A stretch of 64,000 bases of DNA from Epithemia pelagica. Taxonomy: Eukaryota; Protista; Bacillariophyta. The translations under genes were made by a program, and so were the position numbers. The DNA is taken from positions 1,798,001 to 1,862,000 of the forward strand of contig OX337238.1 of NCBI GenBank assembly GCA_946965045.2. Reading direction: 5' to 3'. Below are positions 50,034-58,299 of this stretch, in pieces. How positions within the stretch are numbered: the first letter of the stretch is position 1; every line of letters starts with the position of its first letter. The notes beneath the pieces are model-generated. The model did not search any database, was not told the origin of the DNA, and saw only the letters and a list, made by a program, of their open reading frames with translations.

Positions 50034-53000
50034 CACTCCTATGGGACGAATGATGTTTATCGTGAGGAGCAATATTCATGATCAGGTCCCGTAGTTGGTA
50101 AAAGAGGCGACCCTGAAGTGGTTTCGTAAAGAAATCCGCTATCATTTGTTCTGTAGGACAGAACTCCACACTCAACTCTTTGTTCTTGATGCGGTCTGTC
50201 ACAAAGAAATAGCGAACATCAATGTGCTTCGTTCGTTTGGAGCTGGACAATCGACCGTTCTTGGCTAAGAGGATGCTGCTCTGATTATCTTGATGCAGTA
50301 TAACATCCTGCACATTCAATCCTTGGGCCTCCATAAACTTCTTACTCCAGATGAGTGATGGCATCACGTCGTGAATGCCGATTAACTCGCATTCGGTGGA
50401 ACTTCTTGCAACTAACTTTTGTTTGGCTGAAAAGCCGATCACTGTTCCTTTTCCAAGGCTCATGAATCCACCCGTATGTCCTTTGGTGTTGGGGTGTACT
50501 GCATATGATGCATCTACCCACCATCTTATGATCCACTCAGCTGCACCTTGCAAGCGAAGAACCAGATCCACGGTGGTTTGCAAATATTTCAACACTCGTG
50601 ACAACTTCCGATAATCGTCTTCATCAGGTTGGGCCACTCGGGTGGACAGGAAGGCGACAGCAGTTCGAATATCGGGCCGACCGCGGTGTGCTAGGTAGGC
50701 TAACTGCATCGTGATACTGTGAAAACGCTCCGCATCCTGCTCATTGAGTTTTGTTGCTTCATTGTTCACATGATACAGGTGATTTGCAGCTGGCGTTTGG
50801 GCTCTGCCAACCATCTCGGATGGCATGTTAGCAAAGATTGTTTGTAAGTATGGGCGCATGTCGACTTGAAGAATCCCGTCCTCGGAGAAATCGAGAAACA
50901 TCCCCAGATAATCATGGCGCTTTCCGCGGGAAACCGAGATGTCTCCCAAAGATCCGAACTCAGCCTGTAGATCGGTTAAGAACGACTCAACAACCGCCGG
51001 GTCCTCATGTGAGATTTTCAAATCATCAATGTGCCAGGTTACGGTGCATTGCTTTCCGTTGATGATCTTGTTTGCTACGCAGTGATCGTAGGGGTTGATG
51101 ATGTACCCCCAACTCTGCAGGACCCCACTCAACTTGATCCAGAAGAGACGAGCAGCCCTGAGGGTGCCGTACAAAGCTTTTAACATTTCCACATAGATGA
51201 CTGGTTTGTTGTATTCGTAGACCACATATTTGCTGTACATTTCGTAGTCTACTTCCAAGAGCAATTCTGCCATTAATCCCTCGATACGCATATGGACATT
51301 TGGATCCATGTCGGAATGCATAAACGCGCCTGGGATATCTGCTATGACAACATAGCGTCGCTCCACGGCATCCACGACTGCCGTTATGAAAACTGCTTCT
51401 GTCGAAACGGTGGGTGAAGCGGCATCTTCCTTCGGGACAAAACCGCGTTGTTTACGCCCGTCAGCACACCCCCTACCTTTTACTTTTCCACATCTCTTCC
51501 GTTTTAAAAACATCAGGTAGTTCAGCGCTTGCTTAATTTGTTCCCACGATAAGTCGGCTTTGTGGACGGCTCGTAAAACCCCTCGGTCATGCAGCTGTTT
51601 TATTTCCTTTTTAACGGCTTCTCTTCCTTTGTTGCCGAACATCTTGATCCCTAGCCTCATAGACATCTGTGGGGTTGCTAGGTTTGTCTCTGCCTCAATG
51701 AGATATAGCACTCCGCGGAACAAGTATCCCTCGTAGCGCTGTTTCGGTTCGAGGCTGTCAACACATGCGAATGTGTGACCAAATCGATGCGCATAACTGC
51801 GCTCACGATTCGGGCGCAGGTTGTATCGTTGATTGTTATTGTCACCCTCATTCGGGTTCTCGTTGTCATTTTCTGTGTCTTCATCGTCGTTTGCAGGCTC
51901 GAACACAATCTCCATCTCCTCGTTGTCCGGCATATCAATCACTTCTTCAAAGTTGTTGTTTTGGATATCTTCTTCGGCCACAACAATGTCATTATTGTCA
52001 TTATTGTCTTGTTCCCCCCCCTCCATCAATTCCTCCACATTCCCTGCCTCTACCTCCATTGGCTCCTCCATGATTCCCTGTTCCACAGGTTCCATCTCAC
52101 CGTCACCGTTGTCGAAACCACCAGCTGGATCATTCACTCCTTGGTTTTCCTGGTTTTCAACACCATTTTGGTCCCATTCCATCGGTGGACCGTTTGGATC
52201 TGGCTCGTCTTCCAGTTCATGATCAACCACATCGTCATCATAGCGGAGATCATCGTCTTCCTCCTCCACGTGCGTATACACACTGTCATCGTCCTCCAGG
52301 AGGGGATTATCATCATCTAACATGAGAATTCGGTTATCTCGGTTTCCAAAAGCAAGACCAGGCTGCATCTCTTGGGAAGCTGCCAATTGTGCTACCCGCT
52401 GGATCACTTCTTTCGGCATTGGTAGTTTGGTGGCATGGTTCCGAGTAATGACACGACCACTCTCGAGGCTCAGGAAGTAATAACTTCCTTGCCTATTGCC
52501 CGTTGGGCGTAATGCAAGTGCCCCCACCGTGCGGGGAGCCATGGTATTATCATGCTCCTCATGGCATTGTACGTACTCTCCGAACTCAAACCGGCAGTGC
52601 CGATTAAAATCAAGCGTTTCGCCTGTGACAAGTTCTCTGGCGCTCATAGTAGTTGACAACTCATGATTCTGTGTTGGGAGGCTATTGAGCCAGAAGGTGG
52701 CAAATTTAGCCAGTTCGATCAGCATAATCTTTGGCAGAGTCGGGAATGGCAAAGTTGCATAAACACTCCTGATTCGTTCCTTCACAGTTCGTATGTGCCG
52801 TTCGATCAGACCCACGTGTTCATCGCGAGCCGTGGTGTTTAATTTCACTCCTAAGTTTCCCATACTCATTTCCATTCCGTCACTTGCAAACGCTCCATCG
52901 GCCATAATAAACCTGGGTCGCAGACCGCCACGACGAAACACGGACAATGTCTTTCTGATCGATCGAATCAGCGTGTCCTCTTCTTTATCCTTGATGGCAT

Positions 53001-54978
53001 CCATGGTGGAAAACCGAAACACGCGTGAGGTTGTAACCAAAAAGGAGATGTTGTTGATATGCATCACATCCAAAGCAATCGTGACGTCTTTATGTTTTTC
53101 CGCGAGGCGTGGTGGTACTGTTTCTGTGGTGTCAACAACGGGTGGACGCCTTCTGGTCGTTTTTCCTTTTAAGGATCCCAGATCAGGGCCATATATGAGC
53201 TCTGCCCTTCTCGCATCGTCGCTGGTGAAAGGAGCGTTGGGAATGAGCTTGTGGTTGAGGATATAGATGAGATCCCTTGTGGAAGGGCGCCCTATCTTAG
53301 CTTGTAATGCACGTACGCCCTTGGCCCTACTGATCTCGGTGGCAGTGTAATGAGTTTCGTTATCGTTAACCGTAGTTACGAAACTACTACCTTGTAGGGA
53401 ATCGAGATGCATGTAGTAAAGACCTTGTGGGCTCTGAGTAAACTTGTGCTTGAGTCTGCCCGTAGCAGGGTCCAAGAGTTGAAAGGTGTTGCCGTCGTGG
53501 CTGTCGTAGTGAATTCGAAATCGGTGTTGAGCGTTGGTCAAAGATAGAATGTTGGCTGATCCTTCGGGATCATACCACACGATTCCATAACCAGGGAACA
53601 ATCCTTGCTGTGTAAGTTGTCTTTCCCCGGCATGACTTGTGATGGTGATGGGAGTAGTGGCTGTGTGTATGTTTTGTAGAAGGTGCCCACTGTGAATGAT
53701 ATCCACAGTAGATTGGTTATCAAGGAGGAGCCATTCTTTGGATAGGTTACAAGGCTGAAAACAGGAGGACGCGAAAGAGAAGTGGTGAGAATTTGCTGAC
53801 AGGTCTGTTTGCTGTCTGTTAACCGTCACTGTACCGTTTGTGTTCGGAGGATTGCGCTGTGCTCCATCATTGTTGGCTCCTCCACTCTGATGTCCTGTTG
53901 TGTTCAATGTGGCTCCTGTCAGACTTGATGTGTCATCGTCGCCATTGTTGGTGCTTTCTCTGGCATGGTAAGCCAGTCCGGTGGCATTACTTTCTTGTAC
54001 CGGTTGCTGCCCGTGCCCACTGCGATGCCCTGACAGTCGATTGTCGATAATGGCTCGGGCATCGGCGAGGGTCTTCGGATAATGGTTCGGTCCGTCCAAA
54101 AACGTATTTTGTAAATGGGTTTCATACTCCCTTGCCCCACATGAGCGAATAAATCGAATGGCGATGCAACGCTGTTGTGCTTCTTCCTTGTCTTCTTCGG
54201 TGGGCCCCGTTGTGTGTCTGTTGTCTGTTGCAATTTGTTGTGCAAGGTCATCATCATAGAGGAGAATGCCAAGCTCCTCTATTACTTTGGCTTTCGCACG
54301 AAAAAGCTCGTAGTAGCTTTGAATGCTTTGATTCTGTCTTCGTTTCAACCCGTAGAATTCTTCCTTGAGTTTGTCACGGCCCACCAGAGCATAAATCCGC
54401 CCTGAATCGTAGGTGAATGTGGTTCGTTTGATTAACTTGAGCAACTCGATTCCATCTCTTGATTTCTTTACTGCGTCGAACTCTGCTTTGGCCTGCAATT
54501 TATCCTTCATCAACTGGGTGCACTGACCCAGGATGAGGCTATAGAGGGAGGCACGAAAATTTTGATATTCGATCAATTGCTCTTCTCTCATCTTGTATTT
54601 CATCTTCCATTCTTCGACCTTGATGGTGTTGGTCGTATCCTTGGGAGGCACAACTTCATCGGGTGGTGGTAAATCAAGATTCTCCAGGGCTTGCTGGAAT
54701 TGGAGATTGTATCTCTTGAACGTTGTCCCAACATAACCAATCAAGTGTTCGACGTTCCGAAGATACCGCTTGGACTGTGGGTCTTCTGAATAATCGAAGA
54801 TACAGTCTTTAAGGGTCGGTTCCTGCCCTTGGAACTTTGTATTTCCTTGTTGGCCACCTGAGCCACGTCCTCCTCTACCACGACCGCGTCCGCGGCCACC
54901 ATTACGTCCATATCTCCCCGTGCCACTCGCTGTTGATGATGGGGCGCCATCTGGTTGTGGTTGTTCTTGGCGTGACAT
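49873..54978 (-). CDS. Gag-Pol polyprotein (1701 aa from the ATG at 54978)
   Basis: Protease WLLLDNQST; integrase LDVMH, MADGAF and EHVGLIERHIRTVKE; RT IADIPGAF, YGTLRAA and WHIDDL; RNase H WVDASYA, STECE, QDNQS and ADFFTKPL. Confidence 0.95.
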   Translation of the reverse strand: MSRQEQPQPDGAPSSTASGTGRYGRNGGRGRGRGRGGRGSGGQQGNTKFQGQEPTLKDCIFDYSEDPQSKRYLRNVEHLIGYVGTTFKRYNLQFQQALENLDLPPPDEVVPPKDTTNTIKVEEWKMKYKMREEQLIEYQNFRASLYSLILGQCTQLMKDKLQAKAEFDAVKKSRDGIELLKLIKRTTFTYDSGRIYALVGRDKLKEEFYGLKRRQNQSIQSYYELFRAKAKVIEELGILLYDDDLAQQIATDNRHTTGPTEEDKEEAQQRCIAIRFIRSCGAREYETHLQNTFLDGPNHYPKTLADARAIIDNRLSGHRSGHGQQPVQESNATGLAYHARESTNNGDDDTSSLTGATLNTTGHQSGGANNDGAQRNPPNTNGTVTVNRQQTDLSANSHHFSFASSCFQPCNLSKEWLLLDNQSTVDIIHSGHLLQNIHTATTPITITSHAGERQLTQQGLFPGYGIVWYDPEGSANILSLTNAQHRFRIHYDSHDGNTFQLLDPATGRLKHKFTQSPQGLYYMHLDSLQGSSFVTTVNDNETHYTATEISRAKGVRALQAKIGRPSTRDLIYILNHKLIPNAPFTSDDARRAELIYGPDLGSLKGKTTRRRPPVVDTTETVPPRLAEKHKDVTIALDVMHINNISFLVTTSRVFRFSTMDAIKDKEEDTLIRSIRKTLSVFRRGGLRPRFIMADGAFASDGMEMSMGNLGVKLNTTARDEHVGLIERHIRTVKERIRSVYATLPFPTLPKIMLIELAKFATFWLNSLPTQNHELSTTMSARELVTGETLDFNRHCRFEFGEYVQCHEEHDNTMAPRTVGALALRPTGNRQGSYYFLSLESGRVITRNHATKLPMPKEVIQRVAQLAASQEMQPGLAFGNRDNRILMLDDDNPLLEDDDSVYTHVEEEDDDLRYDDDVVDHELEDEPDPNGPPMEWDQNGVENQENQGVNDPAGGFDNGDGEMEPVEQGIMEEPMEVEAGNVEELMEGGEQDNNDNNDIVVAEEDIQNNNFEEVIDMPDNEEMEIVFEPANDDEDTENDNENPNEGDNNNQRYNLRPNRERSYAHRFGHTFACVDSLEPKQRYEGYLFRGVLYLIEAETNLATPQMSMRLGIKMFGNKGREAVKKEIKQLHDRGVLRAVHKADLSWEQIKQALNYLMFLKRKRCGKVKGRGCADGRKQRGFVPKEDAASPTVSTEAVFITAVVDAVERRYVVIADIPGAFMHSDMDPNVHMRIEGLMAELLLEVDYEMYSKYVVYEYNKPVIYVEMLKALYGTLRAARLFWIKLSGVLQSWGYIINPYDHCVANKIINGKQCTVTWHIDDLKISHEDPAVVESFLTDLQAEFGSLGDISVSRGKRHDYLGMFLDFSEDGILQVDMRPYLQTIFANMPSEMVGRAQTPAANHLYHVNNEATKLNEQDAERFHSITMQLAYLAHRGRPDIRTAVAFLSTRVAQPDEDDYRKLSRVLKYLQTTVDLVLRLQGAAEWIIRWWVDASYAVHPNTKGHTGGFMSLGKGTVIGFSAKQKLVARSSTECELIGIHDVMPSLIWSKKFMEAQGLNVQDVILHQDNQSSILLAKNGRLSSSKRTKHIDVRYFFVTDRIKNKELSVEFCPTEQMIADFFTKPLQGRLFYQLRDLIMNIAPHDKHHSSHRSVLKDVPSSVAEADATATKDTSPGAPDGVEWVEAERRGKQSKKKSQRAHSKENT

Positions 54979-54980
54979 GA

Positions 54981-55643
54981 TTATCTGAGGGCCAGATTCT
55001 TCCGGATTCGTCGATGTTCTTCGTTTACCTTGAGGATTGGGTTCCACACCTGGAGCTTGTATTGTCCGGATGGGGTGGTTCCAATCACTTTGGCCTTGAG
55101 GTGTGTTCGTTTTTGAACTCGAGCGAGCTTCAAAGGATTTAATACCCACACGTCACTACCGATCGCCAGCTTCTTTGGTTTGGTGGTTGCGTCTGTGGGG
55201 AGATCTGGAATCTCAATGACGATTTCGATCCGTCCGTCCTCTAGTTCCCTGATGTCGTCCGCTAGCTCAGCAGATTCGTCCCGAGATGAATCCAATTCTG
55301 CTTCCGAGGTGCGTTGTTGTACGGTCCTGGATACCTTTGGCACCAATGCCTGCTCTTCAGTCACAGTTGAAGTTGAACGGATTTGAATCAATAAATTCCT
55401 CCGCCTCTCTTGGCTTTCGGCGTAAATGCGATCCTTAGCGTCGCGGAGGAGGCGCCGGTCGTGCGCGATATCGTTTTTGTGCTTGTCCTCCAGCTCGCGT
55501 CGGGCCTCACGAAACGCCTCTTCCCGCTGTTGCACGTTATGTTCGTGCCTGCGGTAGGTCTCGTTGATGCGATCTTGCTGCTCGATCGATAACAAAGTCA
55601 ACTGGTTCAATAAAGTGGTGAGGCGACTTGGTTCCTCAGACAT
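54981..55643 (-). CDS. Extra 5' ORF of Copia element 1 (coiled coil plus C-terminal SH3/KOW/Tudor-like module)
   Basis: 220 aa from the ATG at 55643, homologous to 60583-61284. Confidence 0.8.
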   Translation of the reverse strand: MSEEPSRLTTLLNQLTLLSIEQQDRINETYRRHEHNVQQREEAFREARRELEDKHKNDIAHDRRLLRDAKDRIYAESQERRRNLLIQIRSTSTVTEEQALVPKVSRTVQQRTSEAELDSSRDESAELADDIRELEDGRIEIVIEIPDLPTDATTKPKKLAIGSDVWVLNPLKLARVQKRTHLKAKVIGTTPSGQYKLQVWNPILKVNEEHRRIRKNLALR

Positions 55644-55680
55644 TGACCGGCAGTACTTCACGGCACAATGTGAGATTATT

Positions 55681-55694
55681 TTCTAAGGAGAATA
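55681..55694 (-). promoter_or_regulatory. Non-tRNA primer binding site of element 1 (TATTCTCCTTAGAA), complementary to LTR positions 55750-55763
   Basis: Directly abuts the 5' LTR, is a 14/14 inverted repeat of an LTR segment, and does not start with TGG. Confidence 0.75.
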
Positions 55695-55905
55695 TGTTAA
55701 AACCTATTAACAACTGTGCTGTAAAGGCAACAATCGATTACAAGTTACGTATTCTCCTTAGAATGAGCTCTCTGGCTCTTTTTCTTCGATTGCTTGCCAC
55801 GTCGTTCAGCTTCCACCCATTCGACTCCATCTGGTGCTCCAGGCGACGTATCCTTGGTCGCAGTTGCATCCGCCTCCGCGACCGATGACGGGACATCCTT
55901 CAACA
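55695..55905 (-). repeat. 5' LTR of Copia element 1
   Basis: Starts TGTTGAAG in element sense and ends AACA. Confidence 0.97.
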
Positions 55906-56218
55906 CATCCGCTGGCCACGCAAGAGGCATCATCAAAGCGGTGGATATCTGAAGGAAACGTGATCGATCTGTCCAGAAGGGAGGTGGTTTTAGTATAGAT
56001 GTGGGCAGCGATCCTCCATTTGCTTTTGGACATGTCGCTGTGGACGTGTCATCATGGATGCCTTTATATGTCCTCGACTCGAGATCGAGAACCGATGAAC
56101 GAGATGGCGATTGGATATGGTTGTTACTCGGCGACGTCAAACTGCAACAACCAGTCCAGCAAAAGCCAATGATTAGAGTGGCCAATGCAGTTGCGTAACC
56201 GCTGTTGCTAGCAGTCAT
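55906..56218 (-). pseudogene. 5' part (signal, transit and lumen-targeting presequence) of the interrupted PsbP-like gene
   Basis: Signal-peptide-like MTASNSGYATALATLIIGFCWTGCCS, then DRSRFLQISTALMMPLAWPAD, ending at the TSD. Confidence 0.75.
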
Positions 56219-56711
56219 CTTCCAGACTTCAGGGATACGTAATCTTTCGAGAAGATGAGAAAGAAAGTTTCGATTACGGATACGCCTTTAGCTTTGGGTC
56301 GCCAGTCGCCAGAATAGAGGCAGTCGCGGTTTAGAAGCGAGATAAGTTGGGAAATGCGTGTGTATCTCGGCAATGGAAACGGTCGGACACCCCAAGCAAT
56401 GGACTCCAATCAACAACAGCAAGGTCCGACAGCTAAAATGAAGGTGTCTCTCTCTGGAGTGCGCCGAGGGGAAGACCAACGGAGATGGACTGAGCGAATG
56501 CGATATGACATGTGCCCACTCTACGAGGAAGACGATTTTGTAGACTCTACGGCTATTTCTAAGGGAGCAGGCTAAACTTGAGTTCGAAGTGCTCTTGAAC
56601 GTGCAGAAAGTCCTTGTTGATCAGGCAAGGATTTTAAAAACGAATCGACCCAATCATTCTAACTATTGGTAACCAGTAAGAGTTTCAAAAGGAAAGTCAA
56701 GAATGTAGCAT

Positions 56712-57343
56712 TTATTCCTTGAGCGCATCCCAGGCCTTCTTGAGTTGTTTAGGAGAAGCTTCAAGGAAAGCATCGTATCCCATAGAAGCGATCAAATCGT
56801 CCATGGCCTTGGTCTTGTCACTGATACCATTTTCGGAGGAGAAGGCCTCCATCTTGAATTCAGCGGCTTCCTTTGTGAAAGCCTTGAGTGTTTCTTCGGC
56901 TTTGGCCAAGTCCAAGGATACGGTACTGACGGCTTCCGAGAACCAAGGTTCATCGCCACCATCAGACGCACCCCCATAACTGGCCTGACCGACAGGACTT
57001 GTGCCTGGAACACGCCAGTCGTTGGGACTTACGGCACCGAATTGTCCTTGGCCGCCATCTCCGGCTGATGCTGGTTCGTAAGCGTTCTTCTTGCCATAGT
57101 CCAAGTCAAAGGACATTGACAGGCTGCTCGTTGCTGCTCAGGAGAGAGGGAGAAAGGAGAAAAAAGACATGAGAACAAACCGAGATTCGTCACAAAGACA
57201 CAGCATTTGCTCTCAGGCAGAACACCGACATCCAACCATGGAAAATGAAACAACACGATAGACGTACAACGAACACCGAAAGTTGGGGGAGCAAAGGCAG
57301 ATGCCGATGCGGCGGAAGCAACGAGAACGGCGAAAACCTTCAT
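56712..57343 (-). CDS. Nucleus-encoded plastid-targeted protein of unknown function (exons 57343-57268, 57133-56712)
   Basis: MKVFAVLVASAASASAFAP bipartite presequence. A GTACGT...CAG intron restores the frame (FGVRSTSSLSMSFDLDYG...). Confidence 0.85.
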
Positions 57344-57720
57344 GGTGAAATTTGTTTTAGGGGGTGTGATGTGTGATGGGGCTCGTTGAAGTGGAGGATC
57401 GCTTGATATTACGTCAAATCTGCGCCTGCTCCTCCTGGTTCTGGCTTCGTACGTGTCGCAGAATTTAAAAATTCGAATGTAAAATCGATCACATAAGAAA
57501 AGTTTGGAGTACTTCCCAGCGAGCTAAAAGGAAATGGCGCTTAGAGGACTAATGGCTCTACTATCTACTAGCTAGCTCGCTAGTCTCTAGCTAGAGTAGT
57601 AGAAAGAGAGTCTCGATAAATAGCTAGAGAGAGACTCTGGGGATGTTATTAAAGTTACAACGGCTCAGAAACAAAGAAAATAGCATTGATAGCTAGCCAT
57701 ACAATAGACATACGAGTATG

Positions 57721-57835
57721 ACAAATTACAAATTACCCTATGCCCTATGGGGAGTAAGATATACCAAATCCATTGACAATTGACAATTGACAACGGCATC
57801 CAAAGTCCAAAGTCAATCATCATCATAAATCATAA
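57721..57835. repeat. Cluster of five different 7-bp tandem duplications
   Basis: (ACAAATT)2, (CCCTATG)2, (TTGACAA)3, (CAAAGTC)2 and (ATCATAA)2. Confidence 0.9.
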
Positions 57836-58299
57836 GGAACTGAAAAGGAAGAGACCTCACCAGCAGGTACAATACCACCCTCGTCAATTTGGCAGGATAT
57901 GTCTCAAGAGCTGTCTGCACGAAGTAATGAGAGAATGACCGAAATAGTAAGATTATTATAAAGCCAAAATGTGAGCGGGGACGGGGGAGAGGTGCGAGGT
58001 GTAGGTTGAAAGACTGTTTTCCGAAACGCAAAGCCTTTCTATTTCACGACCTCAGGGTAGAGGAACAATCTGATCTCTGATCTGAATTAAAAAACCGACC
58101 CCCATCATGTTTGAGACGTGTTCCAGAAAAACGCATCCTTCACCCATCCAAAACCATCGCCAGGACTCAAAAGTCATAAAGTAGAAAAGGTTCTCCAGCG
58201 AAGACAACTGGTGAATACAGAATACTATCGGTGATTGTCAAGCTTAAAGAATCAACAGAAACATCAACAACACACAGCTCTCTAGCACTGCACCCAAAT

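Larger units (their letters stand above)
49823..55905 (-). mobile_element. Complete Ty1/Copia (CoDi-like) LTR retrotransposon, 6083 bp
   Basis: Two 211-bp LTRs (TG...CA), identical by eye. 5-bp TSD CATCC at 49818-49822 and 55906-55910. Domain order PR-IN-RT-RH. Confidence 0.97.

Noticed and set aside
55681-55694. Standard tRNA primer binding site
   Set aside because: It does not begin with TGG and does not resemble the iMet PBS sequences I know. A full tRNA scan is still needed.
55745-56218. Independent 157-aa gene
   Set aside because: It is a chimera of the PsbP-like 5' part and LTR sequence created by the insertion.
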